The position numbers and the translations under genes were made by a program. From positions 11,346,001 through 11,410,000 of the forward strand of contig NC_043018.1 of NCBI RefSeq assembly GCF_006345805.1: DNA of 64,000 nucleotides. Direction: 5' to 3'. Below, in pieces: positions 53,135 through 64,000 of the stretch. The notes beneath the pieces were generated by a model, which had not been told where the DNA came from, ran no database searches, and worked only from the letters and a program-made list of their open reading frames with translations. This stretch comes from Octopus sinensis. Its lineage: Eukaryota. Positions within the stretch are counted from its first letter, which is position 1; the number at the start of each line of letters is the position of its first letter.

Positions 53135-53245
53135 CTGGTTTGGGACATATTGGTAGACCCCTGATGGGGTAATCAATCGGCCGTTACTGGTTTGGACCGA
53201 ATATACTGAAACAGTGTTGGGATAGTGTTGCACGTAGGTTCTCAT
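53135..53245 (-). CDS. Candidate alternative first coding exon of TOLLIP: MRTYVQHYPNTVSVYSVQTSNGRLITPSGVYQYVPNQ (37 aa)
   Basis: ATG in aatcATGa context, open frame to CAG|GTATCG donor in phase 0, matching the phase-0 acceptor at 48591. See findings. Confidence 0.55.
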
Positions 53246-53364
53246 GATTAAAACCACTCGGAGCTGATCAGTTGGGACAACAACGACGATGGCGCGAGAC
53301 AGAAACCAAGTCAGACGAAGATAAAACAACAAAAATGACAAACGCAACCAACCTACAGAAAAGG

Positions 53365-53410
53365 AGTGTTACTAAGTAGAGATAGGAGGAGGAGAGATAT
53401 ATATAAATAG
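53365..53410 (-). promoter_or_regulatory. Candidate internal core promoter (TATA about -30, Inr TTAGT with +1 at 53373)
   Basis: TATATATA at 53405-53398 and TTAGT at 53375-53371 on the minus strand with canonical spacing; the region is visibly CpG-richer than its surroundings. Confidence 0.5.
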
Positions 53411-54219
53411 AAAGAGAGAGATAAATGAAAGGAAGGAGGGAGAGGAGAGACTATATCAGAATGATTGACAAAAATAAACAGGATTTAGTCAGGTGGACAT
53501 TTAGTCAGGTGGTGAGAGTAGAGAAGTGATAGGACACGTCCACACGCACCTATGCCAGAGACGACATCAAGCCGATTAGGTGACAGAGCTGTAGACGAGA
53601 GCAAGAGACACTTGTGTAACTTGACAACTGTTTGTCACCTTAAACCGACGGACTGCCCCTCCTGCCTCATCTCCACGAATCACTCAAGTGTATCCCCTAC
53701 TCCCCAAATTTATTAAATATTTATTTGCTGTTCAGGTACGTTTAGTCCTTTCGTAACAGACGTGAAACTTCTCAAAGCAGACAAACAGGAAGTGAAGTGA
53801 GAGTATGTGTGTGTGTGTGTATCGTCGGTAAATCCTAAATCCGAAAAAGAAGTTACAGAGCAGTATAGTATCTCTCTATACACACACACACACATATATA
53901 TACAAACACACACACACACATATATATACAAACACACACACACTAGTGAGTGGACAAATGAAACATTTAATAGGCGTTACATGTATGATTTAAAAGAATT
54001 GGATTCAGTTTCGTGCACATCCACAAACACACGATTAAGTTGTGTCAAAAGGTGAGATTTTCAATGTGAAATGATATTAAGAGATACGAACTAAGACAAA
54101 AAGAAACTGATGAAATACAATCAAGAAGCACAAACTCATGTGACCACCACCTGCCAATCCTTTTTATCTCAAATGTTATTATTCATTCTTTTTCTCTCTG
54201 CTACTTTATTTTAAATCAT

Positions 54220-55590
54220 CATCAGTTGACGCCCGCTTTCTATGCTGCTATGGATTGGACAGTTAAACAGGAGCCAAGCCAGACTCCTCAGTCTGTTTTG
54301 GTAGGATTTCTACAGTTGGATGCTCTTTAACACCAACCACTTAACAGTGTACCAGGTGCTTTTTATGTGGCATCATCACTAGCACTTTTCACATGGCACC
54401 AATATTAACAGGGTCACCAAGCACCTTGTAATATACAAACCCCTAAACTCAGAGAGGGAGTAGAAAGTATTAAGTGGGTGTGGCTTTGTGCCAGTTGAGA
54501 GATTAAAGATATAGAGGGACAGTTAGAGGTGTCTGGTTGAAGAGTAAATACAAGCATCCCCCTGTTGGAAAACAAAGGAGAGTGCATGATGATGGCAAAG
54601 ATGTATCAGGAGATGCCACTGAGGCACACCGGGGCTCGTGAGAATAGGTGAGGTGATGTGGAGGCTTGGATTGGGCGAGTGGGTTAGAATGAGGTGACTG
54701 CAGCAAATGATGCTGAGAAATACAGAAGTTTGGGTGAGGGTCGCAGTAGATATATGAGGATGACAAATACTAAAGATGGAGAAGAACACAGGGAGGGGAG
54801 AGAGGGTACAAAAAGGGGGTGATTGGTGGAGACAGCAGGTAGGGGAAGACAGTAGGAAATAGAAGTGGTTTGAGGTGGGAGGAAGGTAACTGAAAAAGCC
54901 AAGGGAGAGGGATAGTATGTGCCGATTCTGCTCTCAGGTGAAAAAGGAAATGATGGGTAAAGGGGATGAAATGTGGGAGGAGAAGATTGATGAGGCTGAG
55001 AGGAAGTGGGGCAGAGCAACTGGTGAACAAGCATTACCAGGGCAGTTTTAGGATATCAATTCTGCTGTGGTGGATGGGTCTTCTTGAGTACAGCAAAGCG
55101 CCAGATATCCCAGTCTTTTGTCATCTCCTTTGTAAGGTTCAGTACCTTGAGATTGGCCTTCAATACTTCGTCCCATGTCTTCCTGGGTCTCCCTCTTCAA
55201 CATGTTCCATCCACTTCAAGTTTCTGATACTTCTTTATGCAACTGTCTATCACATGACCAAACTAGTTCACTCTTTTCCCTTGTACACTGCATATAATTC
55301 CTCACATAACTTTTCACTCTATACACTAACACTCCATTGCACATGCATACTGACACTGCACATCCAGCAGACCAGACTAGCTTTGTTCCTCTCTAGTCTT
55401 TGCATGTCTTCTGCATTCAGGGCCTGCATTTCACTATCATGTAGCATTGCTGTTTGTACACATGCATCATACAATCTTCCTTTCAGTCAAAGGGAGACCT
55501 TTGGTTGCCAACAGCTCTCTCAACTTTCGCTATCCTATTCTTATTCTAGCAATTATACTTTCAGTACATCCTCCTCCACTGCTAATTAGG
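54220..55590 (-). mobile_element. RTE LINE 3' end in TOLLIP intron 5; other fragments of this family at 3645-3990(+), 23150-23760(-), 45050-45445(+), 49060-49615(+), 57600-58035(-)
   Basis: [40 protein letters not shown] motifs, and the shared 3' UTR ending ATGGAAA..(GAT)n. Confidence 0.75.
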
Positions 55591-55685
55591 TTATCTGTAT
55601 ATTTCTAAGCTATTTTAAATGAGCTATTTACATTTCTACAAGATAATCAATCTGCTCACATAGCAAGACAAGTAAAACTACTTGT

Positions 55686-55723
<38 letters not shown>

Positions 55724-56457
55724 CACTTATCCAATATACTTACATTAATAGACAAATTCCCTTGGAGGTAAAGAGAGCACAGTTTAAAAAATAAAATAAA
55801 AACTTAAATAATAGGTAATAAAAATGATTTTAAAATTTTCTGAGGGATTGGCAGGTACTCTGTTGTGTAAGCAGCAACACTGATAGGTGGCAAGTGATAG
55901 GTTTAAGGTTTGGATCATGTCAATGAGCCCATCTCATCTTACTCTCCCAAATTCATTAAGATGTTTAATACTATAAAATGATATGTTTACACAGTGTCTA
56001 TCTGTTAGTTTAGTCTTCAATAAAAAAAATTATTTCATTTGTTTTTCCAGGGTTTTTCCATGCTAGCTTGAGTAGGATAAATACACGTCTTATGCAGTGA
56101 CTGATTTTTAGTTTGGTGCTCAGCTTTAGTTTATCATGGTTCATTCAGAAATCCAGTCACATTCAAATAACTGAGTATCACTCCCCTCATGAAAAGCAGT
56201 TCTTATGACGGCTTAGTTCAGATGAAGAACACAAACACAAGGTGCATTGGAATCAAAAGCCATCTTGTCACTGCAGCAGTTTAGAAAACTATGTTTCTTT
56301 CACTTCCCTAATTAGTTTGTATCTGTATTCTGTCATCAACACGGACGGAGAACAGAAATGCTGAAATTTCAACATCTTCAGAAACCATCATCAGAGAAAA
56401 TACCTATCAAACATTCAAACATGTTTGAAGGAAGATTCTTGGACGAGAGAAAGAAAT

Positions 56458-56528
<71 letters not shown>

Positions 56529-56650
56529 GAAAAATTTTAAATAATAAGAGTGAAAAATTGAATATTAATTTGATTAATATCAATTTAAAACCAGTGGTCT
56601 AACATATTGAAAAATCTGAAGTTTCAGAAAAAATTATATTACTTACATAT

Positions 56651-56799
56651 AAGAGGGATGACCTGTAAGTGGACATCCATTATGCTAGAAGATCCGCTAT
56701 GGTCTTATCACTAAGAAAGGAATGTTCTCAAGAAAAGGACATTACACAGAATAATCTTCTTCTAGCATAATGGATGTCCACTTACAGGTCATCCCTCTT
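56651..56799. other. Perfect 42-bp inverted repeat (149-bp foldback/MITE-like) in TOLLIP intron 5
   Basis: 56651-56692 is the exact reverse complement of 56758-56799. Confidence 0.93.
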
Positions 56800-56979
56800 C
56801 ATCATCATCATCGTTTAACTTCCGCTTTCCATGCTAGCATGGGTTGGACGATTTTGACTGAGGGCTGGCAAACCAGATGGCTGCACCAGGCTCCAATCTT
56901 GATCTGGCAGAGTTTCTATAGCTGGATGCCCTTCCCTCTTATATGTATGTAATATAAATAAATGAATGTATATACTCAC

Positions 56980-57132
56980 TGTGAAAGATAAAACAAGATT
57001 AATCATGCCTTCCTTTTCTTCGCCTTGCCTTCCACTAAGAGGGTACCAGTCATCAACGACATCACCATTCAAGACAGACTGGGGTATTGTGACGTGACAC
57101 CATGCTATCCTATCATCAACAGTAAAAGATCT
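56980..57132 (-). CDS. TOLLIP: TOLLIP C2-domain exon: [51 protein letters not shown]
   Basis: Matches Tollip RAFSMDDRIAWTHITIP...[22 protein letters not shown]. Boundaries tttcag| and |gtgagt; 153 nt, phase 0/0. Confidence 0.97.
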
Positions 57133-58258
57133 CTGAAATAGATACAAAAAATAAAAAATAAATAAATGCAAAGTCTTCATTGTTGAGATTCAAATCCTAC
57201 AAACATGTTAATTATTGTTCTCAGTAAAACAGATTATCATTTTGACATTGAGTCTAAGCCATTTCACGCCAACCCACCCAAGACCACCTCTAGTTCGATA
57301 TGTAACTGCTTGTTTAAAAATATTCATATTTAAATTATAATTGTCTCATGAATTTATTGAAATTATGTTCTCCAAATCAAAATTGATAATTTTTTTTGAC
57401 AAAGGTACAAGGCTAGACAGAAGCCATGTGTGAAGGCACGTGGTTCAGTGGTTAGAGCATTGAGCTAACTACACTGAGGTCATGAGTTTGATCCCTGGAC
57501 TGGGCTGTGTGTTGTGTTCTCAAGCAAAGCACTTCATTTTCACATTGCTCCTGTTCACTCAGCTGTATTTTGATTCTGCTGCAACTGTCATGTGCCCATA
57601 GTTTGCACTGACCACACTATGGAATTTCTATCTGCATCTTGTCAACATATGGAACAGGGCTGTTCACTTGAAGGGATTAGGGTTCTGTCTGTTCTTCTGC
57701 TACTTAGAATTTTAGTCTTTACCAAGTTAACTTTAAGACCCTTGGAATTTTAATTTTAATTCTTCTACACTTTCAGTTATAATAACAAGGTCATCAGCAT
57801 AGGGGAGTTCTTATTGATAACTGATCTTAAATTCCTCTGTTATGGCCTGGAGGACTATGATGAATAAGAGGGGACTCATAACCGAACCCTTATGGATTCC
57901 TACCTGCACACTAAATTCACTGTTGTACTTGTTAACTCTCTCTTTGGTAAAGGTACCCTTGTACCTGCCTTGAATGGCTCTTACTAGCCAGTCATCTATT
58001 CCTAGCTTTCACATCAACCACCAGATGATTTCCAAATGTTGTGTGTGGAGAACTAGAAACAAATAGCACTGTCTACAAAAGGCTCATTCAGACAAAAGGT
58101 CACACAACATGGTAAGGCATATCAAGAAGCCCAGATTTATAGGTAAATGTGTGTGAAAAAATGTCAAACTTCCAAAAAGCAACCTGAACAGATGTGCACA
58201 ACTAATTACGCTAACACACTTATTTAGTATAGGAGAAAACAGGCCAACTAAAACTCAC

Positions 58259-58307
58259 CTCATCGAAGATTTCAAGATACATACTGTCCACGCCAACTGG
58301 AAGGTAA
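58259..58307 (-). CDS. TOLLIP: TOLLIP 49-nt C2 exon: (C)YLPVGVDSMYLEIFDE
   Basis: Matches Tollip TVPPGVDSFYLEIFDE. Boundaries ttccag| and |gtgagt; phase 2/0 joins both neighbours in frame. Confidence 0.95.
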
Positions 58308-59240
58308 CTGGAACAGAGTAGAAGAAAAATAATCTCAGATGTTTGATTGGTTTCTAATTAATTATCATTAGATCAAGACCACACTTTAAATTAATAAATA
58401 AAAATATTAATGAAAAAGCTACTGTGTAGATATTTTGGTTTCCACAACAATAATCTCATTATCTTTGTAATGGATACAGTAATACTTTAATACTTTAAGC
58501 CCCAAATCTTACAGAAGTAATACAGATAAAAATAGAAACAAAAAAAAAAGAGAGAGAGATGGCTGACCACTGTGAAAACAGTAACTGAATGATTATAAAA
58601 TCCTATTTTAGAAGGCAAACTTTGAAAGTGCCCAGTCGCATCCAGAATGGTTATGGCTTCACTCTAAGTATCAAGAATATTGTTGGCTAATACCACTTTA
58701 GCTCAGCAACTGCTGGCATACAGGTGGTTGGCCAGACAACTAGGTCTGGCCCACAGAACTATTGTTCCAGATACACCAAACTTCTGACAAGCTGAGGACA
58801 ATATTGCACACATTCCAATATCCTGAGTAAGTGTAGACATGTTGTCCTCTACTGTCCAGTCTATTTCTGGAATACTTATAGATTCTGGTGGTGACCACAG
58901 CAGATGTGGGCATGATTGAATGTTAAAGTATGACAAATACATATTCTTCTAATGTTGGAAACAAAAACGTATTTTAAAGGACTGTGAAATTCCGAACAGT
59001 CACAGCTGAAAGAAAGCCATCAATTTGGCAAAGTAATGAGGCCTGTAAAGGAAGAGGAAAAAACATTGAGGGCATTTCTCTTCACTCATTTTCCTGTCTT
59101 CTGGTCTACCGATTATTGTAGCTATGAACTTAGAAGTGTTCTGGCCAAGTATTAGACTGATCTGCACATAGGGCTTTGATTCAAATCTATTGCAAACATT
59201 TTGTGTTCTTGTGCTAATCATCACTGGGCAAATGATTTAA

Positions 59241-59428
59241 CCGTTTAGTATTCAGATTACTTTGTCAAGTTTAATGCTTATTTATTCACATCGTTTTGAA
59301 TTAATCAAGCATCATCTTCTAGCTTCAAAAATTTCAATGATGCGATCATATTTTTGTAGAATGACATTGTCGGTTAGATGTGAGAGGCCAGATCTGAGCT
59401 GGGTAGGGCCAGTTTAAATGCTAAAGGG
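59241..59428. mobile_element. piggyBac-type MITE; fragments of the same family at 1-390 and 12005-12655
   Basis: TTAA|CCGTTTAGTATT...AATGCTAAAGGG|TTAA. Confidence 0.75.
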
Positions 59429-60082
59429 TTAAGAGGATCTGATGAAACAAGGAACCTGTATCAAGCCCCAATGTCTATTCTGGCATGGTCTTTAAGGCTG
59501 GATGTTCTTCCTAACACCAATCACTCAACAGAGTGTTGTAGGTGCTTTTTTCTTGGCCCTGGCACCAGTGAGATTACTAAGTGACTTGCAAGATAAGACA
59601 CCCACTGCAATAGAGTTGGGGTGCAGTGTTGAGGGAGCTGGCTTTGTGCTAGGTGTTGAAGTATAATAGAGGGACAGGAACTGGTGCTCTGTTGTAGAGG
59701 AGATACAGGATTGCTCCAGCTGGGAAGGTAGGACACATTATTTAAATTATCACAGTCTGACTAGTTGTTAGAAATAGGTACCAGACAGTTATCTGTGATA
59801 GACTAGTGGTGTTTTACCACAGAAGCATTTATTTCTCATCCACTAAACCCCATAAGACTAGAAACAAACCAGTGGCCTTTGAAAAGCTGCCACACCTTAG
59901 GAGTTTATGTTTTGTATTATAGATTATGGCTGTATGGTTAAGAAGTTCACTTTGGAACCATACAGCTTAAATTTTATTTCCACTGCTTGAACACCATCTC
60001 TGTGAAAGTGGTTGGCATTAGAAAGGGAGAGAGGGGAAGAGAGAGAAGGATGAGGAAGACTTTAAAACAAGGTCATATTTAC

Positions 60083-60216
60083 CACTGAACACATTTATTC
60101 CAGGAAGGAAGTTTTGCTCCATTATACGAAGTTGGAGTCTCAAACACCGCATGTCCTACTCGGATGCGACAATAAGGGTCCATCTTCATAATGCCATAGT
60201 TTTTGGTTAATTGAGC
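60083..60216 (-). CDS. TOLLIP: TOLLIP C2-domain exon: [44 protein letters not shown](C)
   Basis: Manual translation (not in the ORF track) matches Tollip [37 protein letters not shown]. Boundaries tcag| and |gtaaat; 134 nt, phase 0/2. Confidence 0.96.
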
Positions 60217-62409
60217 CTGATCAGAAATTAAAAAACGTGCAAATTATAACTGGTATATTTAGAAACAGGAGAGTGGTGCAAGAAACAAACAACATGAAAG
60301 ATAAGTTATCAAGAGGACAAAGTTTCAAGCCAAGGCCGCCAAATTGCTACACTTTGCTTACAGTGACGCACGGGAGAGGCATGAATATCACAACATGTTT
60401 CCTACCATGCTCAAGTTGATAATGGAAACAATTCATTAAGAGATAACGCCAGTTACAACATATGACGAAGGTAACCAATGCAAACCTGCTCATTGAAGGA
60501 GCATAGTCAGTTGTATATAGCGAGAGGAAGGAATTGCTGTTTAGTGGCTGAAAATGCCAAAGAGGGCAACCAAATGCCATAGAGGGCAACCAAATCTTCA
60601 TATCTCATGCTTTAGTATCAAAAAGAAAGACAAAATGTAGTCCATGATATAAACAAGACGGTCATAGCCGTAACCCCTTTTATCGTGTATCTACTTGATT
60701 GGTGTTGATCTGCAGCTAAGCAGCCAGAATTAAAGGAGTTTCCACAAGGTCGATCAATCTGCTAGAAATAGCAACCAAAGCTCAATCACGTCACTCTGTA
60801 CTTCCATCAAAAAGGAAGGATACATAAGAAAATGTGATCCTTGATATACGAAGTGATGAATGGTCATGGTTTGAAGGCTCTCATTATAAGTGTCTTCAGT
60901 TTGGGCTGGCCTGGGGCTAAACAACAACCATAACTATTTCCAGCCAATGAAGAATCACCTACTTCAGTGATTTTCAACCCTTCCTCTGTTTTTTTAACTC
61001 CTTGACTTGATGTATTTTGCTGTTTAACTTCTTACTTCCTCACAAAAATAAGCACTAAATAATCACTATATATAAAAGCTCATGTCACTGCCAAAACATT
61101 ACCTTTAAGGTAGCATGTTAGCACTAGTAGTAGTAGTAGTAGTTGTAATAATAATAATAATGATGCTTATAATTTTCGCACAAGTCTAGCCTTGTTGAAG
61201 GGAGGAGGCAAGTACCTGAGTGGTACTTATTGTAATGATGAAACGTAAAGCTGATCTCAGCATAATTTGAACTCAGAAAGTAAAGAGTTGAAAATTGTAG
61301 TAGTTCTTTCTAATTTTGGCTCAAGGCCAGCAATTCTGGTGGAAGGGAGCAAATCAATTGCATCATCTCCTGTAGTGAGTTGACTGATACTTTATTTTAT
61401 CAACTCTGAAAGGATTAAAAACAAGGTTGATTTTGGCAGGATTTGAACTCAGAATGTCAAGAACCAGAAGAAATAGCACAAAGCATTTTGACCGACACAC
61501 TAATGATTCTGCCAGCTTTCTGCCCAATAATAATTATAAGGGTTTCAAATTTTGGTACAAGGCCAGCAATTTCGGGGGAGGGGTAAGCCAATTACAATGA
61601 CCCCAGTACACAACTGGTACTTATTTTATTGACCTCCGAAAGAATGAAAAGCAAAGTCAACCTTGGTGGAATTTGAACTCAGAACGAATAAATAGACAAA
61701 ATGCTGCTAAGCACTCTGCCCCGTGTGCCAACGGTTCTGCCAGCTCACCGCCCCCGCACAGTAATATCAATAACAATTGTTTCTCATTTATGCACAAAAC
61801 TCCAACTTCCATTGTAACATCAAGAAAGAGGAAATTCACATTAGTATGGCAGAATCAAAATAGACAATTAAGCATTGAAGGAAGCAAAGAACTGAAGAGA
61901 ATCCAGACAAACACCAAACACAATATAATAAAGGGATTATTTTAGAAACACACAACTTTGTTGTAAAACTGAAGTGAGAACATTTTAACGGTGAATAGTG
62001 GTTTGTTGGAGGATTTTATAGTTACTAAAATCAGAGTTTTTGGTCAAGTAGAACAAAGAAAATGTTGGACATAAGTGAAAACAAAATAAACTGGAATCAT
62101 TGTTTCAGAAAAAGAATGGAATGATGAAAGAATATTTTGAAGAGGAAAAAGAAAGGTGATACAGTGTGGGAAGGAGAGGGTGAATAAGAGGAGGGTTGAG
62201 AGGTGGATGAGGGGAGACAGAGGGGTGGATGAAGGGAGGGGGAGAGAGAGAGAGGTGGGAAAGAGAGTGGAGGAAGAAAGAGGGAGAGAGAGAGAGGAAG
62301 GAAAGAGAGAGAGGACAGAGAGAAAGAGAGTGGAGGAAGAAAGAGAGAGAGAGAGCAGGAGAGAGTGGAATGGTTTTAAAGTATATAAAGCTGTTTATTG
62401 AATACTTAC

Positions 62410-62580
62410 TGTAACTATTTTAATACTAAGACGACCAGCAACACTGCCAGCCACAAAAGACATTCCGGCTTGGTGTTGTGCCTGAAGAATTTGGGCCACT
62501 CGCTCATCTGCTGCGATTTGTTGCTCGGTAGGGTTGGAGGAGACCCGCAAGAAATCATCTGGCAGCTCACCTACCATAAC
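62410..62580 (-). CDS. TOLLIP: TOLLIP coding exon (first one in window; Tom1-binding region and start of C2): VMVGELPDDFLRVSSNPTEQQIAADERVAQILQAQHQAGMSFVAGSVAGRLSIKIVT
   Basis: The GELPDDFLR...GRLSI motif matches Tollip exon 2 (vertebrate GELPQDFLR...GRLNITVVQ). Bounded by AG (62582-62581) and GTAAGT; 171 nt, phase 0/0. The upstream first exon lies outside the window. Confidence 0.95.
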
Positions 62581-62629
62581 CTTCAATTAATAATAATAAT
62601 AATAATAATAATAAATATAACAATAATAA

Positions 62630-62845
62630 CAATCCTTTCTACTAAAGGCACAAAGCCTGAAATTTGTGGGGGGGGGGACGACTAGTCAATTATATCGACC
62701 CCCAGTGTTTCACTTAATTTATCAACCCCAAAAGGATGAAAAGCAAAGTCGACATCGGCAGAATTTGAACTCAGAATGTAGCAGCAGACAAAATTCCGCT
62801 CAGCATTTTGCCCGGCATTCTAACAATTCTGCTAGTTTGCTGCCT
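62630..62845 (-). mobile_element. tRNA-derived SINE family B; further copies at about 400-570, 730-1625, 12340-12550, 14480-14655, 36975-37170, 51690-51775, 61200-61755
   Basis: Shared GGCAGAAT.GTTAG..TTCTGAGTTCAAATTCCGCC..GGTCGACTTTGCCTTTCATCC body. Confidence 0.8.
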
Positions 62846-64000
62846 TAAACAACAACAACAACAACAGCTTTATTGGCCTGAAGGGCCCAAGACATCAAGG
62901 AACAGTACATGTATAAATAGAAAAACAAGGAGTTGGTGGATTTAAATCAAGTAAAACAAAGGAATCAGCAATAAGAATAAGGAACAATAACAGAAGATAA
63001 CAAATCCTCCTGGTGTTGAAACAAAAGAAATAAATAATAAAAACAAACGATCCTGAAAAGTGGAGGTGAGCCTCATTGGGTAACTCAGGGGATCCTACAT
63101 AAAACCCCCAGATTACACACCAAAGTACTATCTGCTAGAAATAGCAGCCAAATTTACCTTAAATCACACACACTACCATCTTCAAAAAGAGTGCATTAGA
63201 TAACTTAGTTGGAGATGCACTCTGAAACAGATGGTCATATCTGGAATATCTTTGATGAGTTTATTCAATCAGGATTAATGTAGGCACAGAAATATCACCA
63301 TAGCAAGCAAATCAGATTGGAATTGTGATATAACGAGAGTACAACTTCTGCACCTTAATACTACCTTTTAAAGGTAGGGGTCAATAAAGTTTCCATCTGC
63401 ATACTCCTTAAGAACAGTACCAAAACTGAGGCACAGCAGTATTAGATTTTAGGGGAAAAATTAGTCCAAAGATGAGGTCAGTTGAAATGAGGCTTAAATA
63501 CAGTTAGTGTTTAGTATCCTTAATGGTCAGTTGTGGAGGTGGAGACCAAAATAGAGAAGGTGCAAATCTAAAGAGGAGGGATTTTAGTAAAAGAATAAAT
63601 AAGTGCAGGCATGGCTGTGTGGTAAGAAGCTTGCTTCCCAACGACATATGGTTCCAGTTTCAGTCCCAGTACATGGTACCTTGAGCAAATGTCTTCTACT
63701 ATAGCCTTGAGCCAACAAAAGCCTCATAAGTGGATTTGGTAGATGAAACTGAACAAAGCCTGTGATGTATGTATGTGTGTACACCTTTGTCTGTGTTTGT
63801 ACCTCCACTATCGCCTGACTATGAATGTTGGTGTGTTTATCTCCGCGTAACTTAGCAGTTCGGCAAAAGAGACTAATAGAATAAGTAGTAGGCTTACAAA
63901 AAATAAGCTCTGGGGTCGATTTCTTCAACTGAAAAATCCCCTTAAGGCAGTGCTCCAGCATGGCTGTAGTCAAATGACTGAAACAAGCAAAAGAATAAAT

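Overview
AT-rich, microsatellite- and SINE-dense eukaryotic DNA. The tRNA-derived SINEs, RTE/CR1 LINEs and (TA)n/(CA)n tracts suggest an octopus/coleoid genome (inference); a 100-N scaffold gap lies at 16893-16992. The only clearly supported host gene is TOLLIP (Toll-interacting protein) on the minus strand. Six coding exons lie between 62580 and the stop at 43336 (TBD/C2 start, C2 domain, Pro/Gln/Val linker, CUE domain); the first coding exon is beyond the window end. Downstream of TOLLIP (about 23-40 kb) is a dense, nested, single-orientation transposon cluster. It holds a near-complete Naiad-type Penelope-like element with a hammerhead ribozyme, a CR1 LINE, an RTE LINE whose reverse transcriptase carries an inserted PHD finger, a second RTE with a solo-LTR-like insert, a Gypsy gag-pro remnant, a second Penelope fragment and a maT/Tc1-like transposon. 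Best leads: (1) a TATA/Inr internal promoter and in-frame alternative first exon in TOLLIP intron 5, predicting a C2-less CUE-only isoform; (2) the PHD-bearing LINE RT; (3) the possibly intact Naiad with its ribozyme and permuted ends; (4) the uni-strand TE cluster; (5) several perfect long hairpins. All coordinates and translations were read by eye and no database search was run.
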